From Candidatus Acidiferrales bacterium (GTDB lineage: Bacteria > Acidobacteriota > Terriglobia > Acidiferrales > UBA7541): DNA of 64,000 nucleotides. Location of the stretch: contig JARLGK010000046.1 in NCBI GenBank assembly GCA_031296075.1, positions 13,274 to 77,273 on the forward strand. Reading direction: 5' to 3'. Both the position numbers and the translations under genes were made by a program. The notes below the pieces were generated by a model, which saw only the letters and a program-made list of their open reading frames with translations, ran no database searches and had not been told where the DNA came from. Positions 1 through 7,826 of this stretch are shown here, one piece after another (the stretch's first letter is position 1; each line of letters opens with the position of its first letter).

Positions 1-26
1 AGAGAAGGAATGAACGCCGATTTTTC

Positions 27-43
27 GGTGGCTGAAAACCACC
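27..43. repeat. REP-like short hairpin GGTGG-CTGAAAA-CCACC in leading intergenic DNA
   Basis: 5-bp inverted repeat around a CTGAAAA loop, followed by CGTAGAACG. Same design as the hairpins at 7775, 15951 and 16038. Confidence 0.35.
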
Positions 44-230
44 ACGCCCGCTTCAAATCCACCAACGTAGAACGACGCCTTCGCATCAGTGTCCCGCGCA
101 CCATCCACTGCAAGCCTCTGTTTCTAATGGTGTTACGCCAACATCCCAAGAATTCGTGACTTTGGCACCGGCCCTGCAATACACGGGTTGGATTCGTAGA
201 TTTTTGGGCCATGATCCCGGGAGGTGCAGA

Positions 231-2405
231 ATGAAAAAGTATCTGGCAAGTTTGGCGGCGCTGAGTCTTCTGACCCTGGGGCTGATGCCCGCGAGCGCGC
301 TGGCCCAGGCACCTCCACCGCCTTCCGGCTCCTCGAACCAGCAAGATGATTCCTATGCGGGCGCTGGCGGCGGGACGAACGCGCTGCCGCAGGAAGAGGC
401 TGGACCGGGTGTCGCCCGCCTGAGCTACATCCACGGAGACGTCTCCTCCCAGCGCGGCGACAACGGCGACTGGGTCGCGGTCACGCAAAATTCTCCCATC
501 TCTCAAGGTGATCGCGTGGCGACTGGACCGAATTCCCGTGCGGAACTCCAACTCGACTACGCCGATATTCTGCGCATGTCAGCCAGCGCAACCGCAAATA
601 TTACAAATCTTTCGCGCACCGGCATTCAGGTCCAGATCGGTCAGGGTCTCGTCACCTATTCCGTACGGAATGGCAGCGAAGCGAATTCCGAGATCGATAC
701 GCCGAACGCATCGATCCACCCGTCGGGCCCGGGTCAGTATCGAATTCTGGTGAATTCCGACGCCGAGACCCAGGTGATCGTTCGCCAGGGTTCCGCCGAC
801 ATCTCAACCTCCGAGGGCAGCACTCACGTGGATCAGGGGCAGATGATTACCGTGGCGGGAACAGACAGCCCGCAATACAAGACCGAGTCCGCATTGGGCA
901 GGGATGATTGGGACACATGGAACAACGATCGCGATCACAGAATCAACAACGCCTCGAGTTGGGGCAAGACCGACCGGTATTACACGGGTTCGGAAGATCT
1001 CGACACCTACGGCACTTGGAGCGAAGTTCCCGACTACGGTCCGGTGTGGATGCCCGCGCAGACTGGTCCCGACTGGGCTCCGTATCGGGATGGCCGCTGG
1101 GTTTATGAACCGTATTATGGCTGGACGTGGGTTTCCTACGAGCCGTGGGGCTGGGCGCCCTATCACTACGGCCGCTGGTTCGTTTACGGCGATCGCTGGG
1201 CATGGTGGCCCGGACCCGTCGTGGGTTACCCCGGCTACTATCCGATCTGGTCGCCGGCGTATGTCTCCTTCTTCGGTTTTGGCGGAGGCGGCTTTGGCGT
1301 CGGTTTCGGTTTCGGATTCGGTCGGTTTGGCTGGCTGCCGTGCGGCCCCGGCGACTGGTACCACCCGTGGTTCGGCCGGTATGGCGGCCGCTACAACACG
1401 GTCAACATTAGAAACTACAATAATTTCCACGACGGTTTCCGGCCGCTTGGCGGTGGTCGAGGGCGACAGTTCTCAAACATCAGTCTGGCGATGTCGAACT
1501 CGCGCGCGCGCGGCGGCGTCTCTTCGATGGCCGGAAATGAATTCGGACGCGGCGCCGTGTCCCGGCATCAGGCGGGCATCAGTGAAGCGTCGTTCCGTCA
1601 GGGCAGCGTGATGACCGGCAAGATGCCCGTCACGCCGTCGCGGGAAAGCTTTAGCCCGTCCGGCCGCGCGGCAAATCCGTCGGCGATCCGCGGCGCAAGC
1701 CCGAGTTCGCAGCACTTCTTCAACGGCGGTTCCAGAGCGAACATCACAGCCGGTTCACGTTCGTTTGGAAATTCCAACGCGAGCGCGGGTGCGCAATCCG
1801 GGTTTGGCGGCAATCGCTCGAACGGCTCGGTGAATTCTCAGTCGCCGCGGTCGTTCGGCAACGCCGGCGGCAGCGGCTCCGCAGCGCAATCCAGCCGGCA
1901 GGGATGGCAACATTTCACGCCTCCGCAGTCCGGCACATCGAACCGTTCAGGGCAGGGCTTCGGTGCAAATAATCGCGGGGCGGTGAACAACTCCTCTCGC
2001 GGATCATTTTCGTCGCCTTCGCACGAATCAACGCAAGGAAGCCAAGCCGGAAATCGGGGTTCGTGGCAACATTTTACCCCGCCCACGCAGACGTCACGAG
2101 GGGGCTCCTCTAATTCATACAATTCATACTCTCGTCCTCCTCTTAATATGAGGCAGCCCATCGTGACGCCCCGTGGCGGATCGCGAGGATATAGTTCGAA
2201 TCCGAGCGGAAACAGCCCCTATGGATCGAACGCGCCGCGAGGCTCGTATAGTGCGCCGCGTGGCTCGTATAGTGCGCCGCGTGGCGGGTACAGCGCTCCC
2301 CGTGGAAGCAACAGCGCTCCGCGCGGCGGCGGCAGTGCTGGCGGAGGCCATTCCGGTGGCGGTGGCGGCCACTCCGGTGGCGGGCATGGCGGAGACCACC
2401 ACTAA
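231..2405 (+). CDS. Secreted FecR-like / aromatic-Gly (DUF6600-like) domain protein with long Ser/Gly/Asn/Arg low-complexity tail
   Basis: ATG at 231 is preceded by GGGAGG. Signal peptide MKKYLASLAALSLLTLGLMPASALAQ. FecR-like block ARLSYIHGDVSSQRGDNGDWVAV..GDRVATGPNSRAELQLD. Trp/Tyr/Gly block YGPVWMP..GWTWVSYEPWGWAPYHYGRW. GFG-rich stretch. About 330-aa tail ending GGHSGGGGGHSGGGHGGDHH. The ORF-track start at 156 is rejected in favour of the signal-peptide Met. Confidence 0.85.
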   Translation: MKKYLASLAALSLLTLGLMPASALAQAPPPPSGSSNQQDDSYAGAGGGTNALPQEEAGPGVARLSYIHGDVSSQRGDNGDWVAVTQNSPISQGDRVATGPNSRAELQLDYADILRMSASATANITNLSRTGIQVQIGQGLVTYSVRNGSEANSEIDTPNASIHPSGPGQYRILVNSDAETQVIVRQGSADISTSEGSTHVDQGQMITVAGTDSPQYKTESALGRDDWDTWNNDRDHRINNASSWGKTDRYYTGSEDLDTYGTWSEVPDYGPVWMPAQTGPDWAPYRDGRWVYEPYYGWTWVSYEPWGWAPYHYGRWFVYGDRWAWWPGPVVGYPGYYPIWSPAYVSFFGFGGGGFGVGFGFGFGRFGWLPCGPGDWYHPWFGRYGGRYNTVNIRNYNNFHDGFRPLGGGRGRQFSNISLAMSNSRARGGVSSMAGNEFGRGAVSRHQAGISEASFRQGSVMTGKMPVTPSRESFSPSGRAANPSAIRGASPSSQHFFNGGSRANITAGSRSFGNSNASAGAQSGFGGNRSNGSVNSQSPRSFGNAGGSGSAAQSSRQGWQHFTPPQSGTSNRSGQGFGANNRGAVNNSSRGSFSSPSHESTQGSQAGNRGSWQHFTPPTQTSRGGSSNSYNSYSRPPLNMRQPIVTPRGGSRGYSSNPSGNSPYGSNAPRGSYSAPRGSYSAPRGGYSAPRGSNSAPRGGGSAGGGHSGGGGGHSGGGHGGDHH
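2232..2336 (+). repeat. Five tandem 21-bp units inside the CDS, encoding APRGSYS-type heptads
   Basis: Units are gcgccgcgaggctcgtatagt / gcgccgcgtggctcgtatagt / gcgccgcgtggcgggtacagc / gctccccgtggaagcaacagc / gctccgcgcggcggcggcagt. They translate to APRGSYSAPRGSYSAPRGGYSAPRGSNSAPRGGGS. Confidence 0.9.
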
Positions 2406-2437
2406 ACGAAACCTCTCCCGAGTGATTTGGCAACGCA

Positions 2438-2459
2438 CGGCCCCGAGAAATCGGGGCCG
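2438..2459 (+). terminator. Stem-loop CGGCCCCG-AGAAAT-CGGGGCCG downstream of the first FecR-like gene (no T-tract)
   Basis: 8-bp perfect stem with a 6-nt loop, 33 nt after the stop. It shares the CCGAGAAATCGG core with the terminator at 4722. No U-run follows, so terminator function is uncertain. Confidence 0.35.
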
Positions 2460-2674
2460 TGGCACATCAGGAACACGCGGGATGCGAGGATTCAGTAGAT
2501 TCCGTCGTTGGGACGTTGCGAAACAAGTCGGTCGCAGTGTTTTCGAGAGTGAGAGCTAGGAAACGTTATGTCGAACTTACGCGTGGTCGCATGGCTTGCG
2601 TGGCTGACGGCATGGGCATGGCTCGCGCGGGACAACATGCCGTCAAGGGAACGGCCACGATAGGAGGCAATCTC

Positions 2675-4693
2675 ATGAGGAAGATTAGCTCGCTCTTCAC
2701 ACTCGCGCTGTTTGTTGCAGGATTTGTTGCAATACTTCCGAAACCCGCCGCGGCGCAGGACGAAGACCCTCCCGGCCGCGTTGCGCGGCTCAACTATATT
2801 CAAGGCTCCGTTTCCTATCAGATATCGGGTGACCAGGACTGGGTGCAGGCCGATCCGAATCGCCCGCTCACGACGGGCGACAGCCTTTGGGCGGACAGGA
2901 ACTCGCGAGGCGAAGTCCACATCGGCAGCACGGCGATTCGCCTGTCGAACGAAACCGGTATTTCATTTCTGACGCTGGACGACCGTACGGTTCAGATCCA
3001 GCTCGCGCAAGGAGCCATCGAAGTTCACTTGCGAAATGTCGAATCCGGCGATGCGTTCGAGATTGATACGCCGAACCTCGCCTTCACGATCGACCGCGGA
3101 GGCGAATACCGCATCCAGACCGATCCCAACGGAGATTCCACCGTGATCGTGGTCCGCGAAGGCGCGGGCGAAGTGACCGGCGGAGGAGATTCCTGGGATC
3201 TGCCCGCCGGACAGATGTACACATTCACCGGCACGGACCAGCTTTCCTACGACGCTTCCGGCGCTCCCGGCTATGACGATTTCGAAGACTGGTGCGAGTC
3301 GCGCGATCAACGTGAAAACAGTTCCGTCTCGGCCAGATACGTCTCCCGCGATGTGGATGGATATTACGACCTCGACGAATACGGCGACTGGCACACCGAT
3401 CCCGACTACGGCGCCGTATGGGTGCCGCGAGGAGTTGATGCCGGATGGGCGCCCTATCAAACGGGCCACTGGATCTTTGTAGCACCGTGGGGCTGGACGT
3501 GGGTGGACGCGGAGCCGTGGGGCTTTGCGCCGTTCCACTACGGCCGCTGGGCATTCGTGGGCGGTTACTGGGGATGGGTCCCCGGCCCGATCGTCGTGCG
3601 GCCGATGTATGCGCCCGCGCTGGTCGCGTTCGTGGGAGGCGGCGGATTCGGCGTCTCCGTCTCTTTCGGCGGAGGAATGTCAGGCGTAGGTTGGTTCCCG
3701 CTCGGCCCGCGTGACGTGTTCATTCCCGGCTATCGCTGCAGCCCGCGCTACGTCCAGAACGTCAACATCACCAACACTCGCGTCATCAGCGTGACGCAGG
3801 TTACCAACGTGTACAACAATCACAACGTGACGGTCATCAACAACTATATCTACGCGCGCAACCAGAGAGCCGTCACCGCTGTTTCGCGGGAGACCTTCGT
3901 GAATGCGCGGCCCGTTTCCGGCGCTACGGTTCGCGTATCTGCCGATCAGATTCGGGGCGCGCGAATCGTCGAGACTTCGCCGATCGCCCCGACGCGGACA
4001 AGCTACATCTCATCCACCGCAAGAGTTTCAACCAACCGGCCCGCGGTTCCATTCACGCAGCGAGCCGTGGTTGCGCGGCTGAATCCGGCGGTCTCGCGCC
4101 CGGTCGTCCAGCCATCGGCCAATGGCAATCGCAATGACAACGGCAAGTTCGGCCGGGATCAGGGCAATCCGCAATACAATCCCCGCGGCGCCAACAGCAA
4201 CCTCAACAACGGTCAACAGCCTGCACGCGGAAACAATCCGCCACCAGCCGCAGTGAACAATAACAGCAACAACGCCCAGCAGTCCTCGCGTGGAAACAAT
4301 GCCCCGCCAGCCGCCGTGCACAACAACAGTAATCCGCCGCAAAACCAGCCGCAGTCGCGAGATGGCTACCGTCCGTTCCAGCGACCCGCCGGTGACACCA
4401 GTTCGCAGCCAGCTGGAGCGAACAACAACCAGAACAACAACGTCAATACGAACGGCACCAACAGCCAGAACAATCGTGGCCCGAATCGCAACGACCAAAC
4501 GACGCAAGGCGATCAGCGGCCGGCGGTAAAGTTCGCTCCTCCGGCGAAGGCGCGCGACGAGAATTATGACGTGCATCCGCCGCTGAACCAAAAGCAGGCG
4601 CAAACGCCGGCAAAACTAGAACAAAAGCAGGAACAGAAGCCAAACAAGGAAAACAACAAAGAAGACGATAAGAAGAAAGATGACAAGCACTAA
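2675..4693 (+). CDS. Secreted FecR-like / aromatic-Gly (DUF6600-like) domain protein, paralogue of 231..2405, with Asn/Gln/Pro tail and Lys/Asp/Glu terminus
   Basis: ATG at 2675 lies 8 nt after TAGGAGG. Signal/anchor MRKISSLFTLALFVAGFVAILPKPAAAQ. Blocks RVARLNYIQGSVSYQISGDQDWVQA, YGAVWVPRGVDAGWAPYQTGHW..WGWTWVDAEPWGFAPFHYGRW and GGGGFGVSVSFGGGMSGVGW. Tail has RGNN(P/A)PPAAV(N/H)NNSN duplicates and ends KENNKEDDKKKDDKH. Confidence 0.85.
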   Translation: MRKISSLFTLALFVAGFVAILPKPAAAQDEDPPGRVARLNYIQGSVSYQISGDQDWVQADPNRPLTTGDSLWADRNSRGEVHIGSTAIRLSNETGISFLTLDDRTVQIQLAQGAIEVHLRNVESGDAFEIDTPNLAFTIDRGGEYRIQTDPNGDSTVIVVREGAGEVTGGGDSWDLPAGQMYTFTGTDQLSYDASGAPGYDDFEDWCESRDQRENSSVSARYVSRDVDGYYDLDEYGDWHTDPDYGAVWVPRGVDAGWAPYQTGHWIFVAPWGWTWVDAEPWGFAPFHYGRWAFVGGYWGWVPGPIVVRPMYAPALVAFVGGGGFGVSVSFGGGMSGVGWFPLGPRDVFIPGYRCSPRYVQNVNITNTRVISVTQVTNVYNNHNVTVINNYIYARNQRAVTAVSRETFVNARPVSGATVRVSADQIRGARIVETSPIAPTRTSYISSTARVSTNRPAVPFTQRAVVARLNPAVSRPVVQPSANGNRNDNGKFGRDQGNPQYNPRGANSNLNNGQQPARGNNPPPAAVNNNSNNAQQSSRGNNAPPAAVHNNSNPPQNQPQSRDGYRPFQRPAGDTSSQPAGANNNQNNNVNTNGTNSQNNRGPNRNDQTTQGDQRPAVKFAPPAKARDENYDVHPPLNQKQAQTPAKLEQKQEQKPNKENNKEDDKKKDDKH

Positions 4694-4721
4694 GCCCAAG
4701 CAATTTGGTCAGGTGCGTCGC

Positions 4722-4755
4722 GGCGGCTCCGAGAAATCGGAGCCGCCTTTTTTTT
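4722..4755 (+). terminator. Rho-independent terminator
   Basis: GGCGGCTCCG-AGAAAT-CGGAGCCGCC (10-bp perfect stem) followed directly by TTTTTTTT, 29 nt after the stop at 4693. Confidence 0.8.
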
Positions 4756-4797
4756 CGCAACCGTAGTGTCTCGCAGTGGACGCGCTTCAGTTTCGAA

Positions 4798-7125
4798 CTA
4801 CGGCGACGCAGGGGACGCTGGCGGGGGCGCATTGGGCGCGGCCGGCGGCGCGGCGATGGGATTCGGCGACGTAGGCGCCTGCTCGAGCGCGAGGTAAGCG
4901 CGGCCAAAAGCGGATTGCTGCGTGCCAGCGCCGATCGCGACGGCCTGCACGGTATAGCGTCCCGAAGGCAATTTAGCGAGCGGCAGGCTGATGCGGTAGG
5001 AAGCCGTGCGCGTCTTCGCGTCAACGGCAGTAGACGCCAGCAGAGGCGTGGCGTTCACCTGCACGCCGCCGCGAAAGAACACCAGCCCGGCGCGGAGCGT
5101 GTTGGGATCGAATGCGTCGGCTTTGTCCGTCTTTTCCGGATAATACGCCTGAAAGAAAACGTAGAGTGTCTGCTGCTGGGTGAAAAAGCGCGTGACGCTC
5201 GGGACGATCTTCTCGCCTTCCATCTCGAGCGGCGACGCGGCGATTTGCGCGCGCGTTCCCTGCCCCCGCGTCTGAACCTCCGATGATTTCGCGACCGGCA
5301 CAAGCTGGCTCGATAGCAGCACGGAGCTGAGGCTCATGCGGGCGGCCGAGCGCTGGGGCACGTTGAGCGCCTGCTCGAATGTGCCGATTTTTCCGGATTC
5401 ATTTTCGCGCGCGAGGAATTTCAGCCGGTACGAGCCGGGCGCGAGCACCACGCCGCCCTGATACACTAGGTTGTTGCGACTCACTTCCTGAAACCGCTGC
5501 TCGTCGAGATGAACCGTGATTGTGTCGCGCAACTGAGCGACACTTTGTCCCGAGGGCACGGCGAGAATTTCGGCGGCAAAATCGAAGGCGGCTTCACGGC
5601 GGTCGTGCTTCTGCGCCCAGTCGAGCGCACTTGAAGAAAGCTTCGCGGAAATGGGAACGTACACCTGCTGGTCGTTCAGGCGGAACATCGAAGTTTCGAC
5701 CGCGATCGGCAGATCCACTTCCGGGCTCTCCGAACGCATGGCGTCCGCAAGCTGCTTTTCGCGGTCTTCTTTTTCAAGATGCTGAAAATCGCGCGGCGCG
5801 TAGTAGCCGCTGCGATAGCGGACGTGCGTTCCGGGCGCGTTGACCTTCACGCGGATAGCGTGCCAGCTGCCGTCGCGTTTCACTCCGGCAGGGAGATCGT
5901 AGCCGACCAGGTAGTATCCGCTGTTGTCCTGCTGGATCTTCGGGAAGGCGTCGCTCAGGTCGCCGAGGTCGAAAAATGCCTTGCCGCCCGTATCGGTCGA
6001 GAGCGTGGCAAGAGTGTCGCGCGAATTCTCGCGCTGATCGGTCTGGTGGTAAACGGATGCGCCGCTGAACATCGAAGTTCCGGTCGCGGCGTTGGTCGTG
6101 ACGTCACCGCCGGGAGGAGTGGCGAACATGCCGCGCGCGTCAATCGAGTAGATGGAGACGTCAGCGCGATTGGCGGCATCGGTGACGGCGCGCAACTCGG
6201 CGCGATTTTCCTCGCCCGTCTGCGTGATCCCGCCCGTGAATTCAACCAGCGCCTTTCGTCCGGGAATTCCCGCAAGCACATTCGCGAGGCCTTCGACTGC
6301 CGCAAGCTTCTGGTCGGTGTTGAACACGTTGAATTCGGTTTCGTCGGGCGTGTACGCCGCGCCGGTATATTCCTGAACGTCGTACTCGCCGTTTTGGGCG
6401 GCGGCGTAGAGCGGGTTCGCGATTTGCGATGCCGCACCGGGAACCAGCTGAGCGATGGCCTTGTCGAGCGTGGCGCGATTGTTTGTGAAATTCGCGAGCA
6501 CCGCAAGGCGCGTGCTGAACACCACGACGGAGACGAGATCGGCGGGCGTCATCTGCTGCTTTAGAAATTTTTGCGCTGCGGCGTGCGCGCGGAGAATGTC
6601 GTCCGTCTCCATCGAGGTCATGTCGAAGAACAGGACGATCATGCGGCGATCGCGGACCGTGTCCGTGACGGTGTCGGCGCCGGGCCCCGCGTTGTCCACG
6701 GGCACAACGATCGGCTTGGTGTCGCTCTCGGCGGCGGTCTCGATCTTTTCGATGTCCGAATAGGAGAAGCTGGAAATCTTCTGCTGCTTGCCGTCGTCGG
6801 TGACTTCGAACTGATCGGCGCGCAGTCCCTTGATCGGCTTCCCGGAACCGTCGGTGACTTCGACATCGATGCGGACAACATTGGACTGCGCGCGCAGAAC
6901 GAACGTGGGGTTTGTCGGCGGAGCCTGCCGCTGCGCCGGCGCTGGCGACGATTGCTCCTGCGCGATTGCGGAAAAGGGAGCGAAAAAGAGGCCCAGAGCG
7001 ACCAAATTAGCCACAAAAGGACGAAATACCCCACCATTGATTTTTTCTCGATTAGAACCGTGTCGAACGCCCTGTTTACAAGGGTTTTCGAGGGATTCTA
7101 ATAATTGGATTTCTCGATTAGACAT
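4798..7125 (-). CDS. VWA domain protein of the Acidobacteria-type (TIGR03436-like) family, secreted, Pro/Ala-rich C-terminus
   Basis: N-terminal hydrophobic segment VANLVALGLFFAPFSAIAQEQ. VVRIDVEVTDGSGKPIKGLRADQFEVTDDGKQQKISSFSY followed by MIVLFFDMTSM (MIDAS-region-like) and ALVEFTGG. C-terminus APPAAPNAPPPASPASP. Start chosen at Met83 of the ORF (7125) and is uncertain, since there is no clear RBS. Confidence 0.8.
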   Translation of the reverse strand: MSNREIQLLESLENPCKQGVRHGSNREKINGGVFRPFVANLVALGLFFAPFSAIAQEQSSPAPAQRQAPPTNPTFVLRAQSNVVRIDVEVTDGSGKPIKGLRADQFEVTDDGKQQKISSFSYSDIEKIETAAESDTKPIVVPVDNAGPGADTVTDTVRDRRMIVLFFDMTSMETDDILRAHAAAQKFLKQQMTPADLVSVVVFSTRLAVLANFTNNRATLDKAIAQLVPGAASQIANPLYAAAQNGEYDVQEYTGAAYTPDETEFNVFNTDQKLAAVEGLANVLAGIPGRKALVEFTGGITQTGEENRAELRAVTDAANRADVSIYSIDARGMFATPPGGDVTTNAATGTSMFSGASVYHQTDQRENSRDTLATLSTDTGGKAFFDLGDLSDAFPKIQQDNSGYYLVGYDLPAGVKRDGSWHAIRVKVNAPGTHVRYRSGYYAPRDFQHLEKEDREKQLADAMRSESPEVDLPIAVETSMFRLNDQQVYVPISAKLSSSALDWAQKHDRREAAFDFAAEILAVPSGQSVAQLRDTITVHLDEQRFQEVSRNNLVYQGGVVLAPGSYRLKFLARENESGKIGTFEQALNVPQRSAARMSLSSVLLSSQLVPVAKSSEVQTRGQGTRAQIAASPLEMEGEKIVPSVTRFFTQQQTLYVFFQAYYPEKTDKADAFDPNTLRAGLVFFRGGVQVNATPLLASTAVDAKTRTASYRISLPLAKLPSGRYTVQAVAIGAGTQQSAFGRAYLALEQAPTSPNPIAAPPAAPNAPPPASPASP

Positions 7126-7486
7126 CGCAAAATCGGATGCGAATGCGGACACGGTTAGACAGTTTGCGGAAAAAGGCAGTGAAGAGTGTCCCCAGGCGCT
7201 AAAGCGCGTTGAACACCAGGTCTTTATGTCGGAGCTAAAGCTCCGCCCCCCTAAAATACGCCTTTTTCCCGCAGGCTGTATAGACAAGAGTCTCCGCATG
7301 CTCCGCGGCGATTTCGGCCGCGGCACCTGCGACTGCTCCGAGTCTTGCGGCAACTTATACATCGTATCCATGTTAGCCCTCGCGCTAGCGAGCGCAAGGA
7401 CCTTGTTGGTGTAAAGAATTCTTCGCGGCTTCAGCTTCAGTCAATCGTCCCTCCGGGACACCCGGGGGTTTTCGCTTTTCGTTCTT

Positions 7487-7515
7487 CCCGGCACTGTGCT
7501 GCGCTTCGTGCCGGG
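7487..7515. repeat. Intergenic hairpin CCCGGCAC-(13 nt)-GTGCCGGG
   Basis: 8-bp perfect inverted repeat, followed by GCTAAT as in the GGGCTAAAGCCC elements. Confidence 0.4.
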
Positions 7516-7661
7516 CTAATTACGGTCGCCGCTCCGCGGCTCAAAGGCTCAAAGACGGCGTCGAGTCGAGCAAACGTGTCGCACCTACGGCGCTTGGAAC
7601 ACCGTGCTGACAGGCCGCAAGAAATACTGCCGGCCTCCCTCGGCCGAGCTCTGGACAAGTT

Positions 7662-7680
7662 CCGGCCGGCGCTATGAAGT
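7662..7680. repeat. REP-like element, degenerate copy (CCGGCCGG + CGCTATGAAG)
   Basis: ccggccggcgctatgaagt matches the element at 7775 except that it lacks the TGAA loop and has one C/T change in the tail. Confidence 0.4.
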
Positions 7681-7774
7681 CGACGGCGAAAGCAAAAGCA
7701 AACACAACGGCGGGCGCAGCTGAGCAGCGCCCCCACGACCCCAACCCCAACCGCAACTGCGACGGCAAATTCTG

Positions 7775-7801
7775 CCGGCCTGAAGGCCGGCGCTACGAAG
7801 G
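7775..7801. repeat. REP-like element: hairpin CCGGCC-TGAA-GGCCGG + CGCTACGAAGG tail
   Basis: 6-bp stem with tetraloop, then GCTACGAAG. The same tail follows the hairpin at 16038. Confidence 0.45.
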
Positions 7802-7826
7802 CACCCCATCGTTCCCGATGCCATCG

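Noticed and set aside
156-230. N-terminal extensions of ORF-track models. These are 156 vs 231, 2459 vs 2675, 7371 vs 7125, 12575 vs 12752, 25253 vs 24971, 26703 vs 26526, 40680 vs 40593, 48533 vs 48338 and 55886 vs 56051.
   Set aside because: The extensions are Arg-rich with no domain content. Downstream starts are preceded by Shine-Dalgarno sequences and open directly into signal peptides, lipoboxes or conserved N-termini.
2232-2336. Possible CRISPR-like or minisatellite array.
   Set aside because: The units are contiguous 21-mers without spacers, lie in frame inside a CDS, and translate to a peptide repeat. No cas genes are present anywhere in the window.
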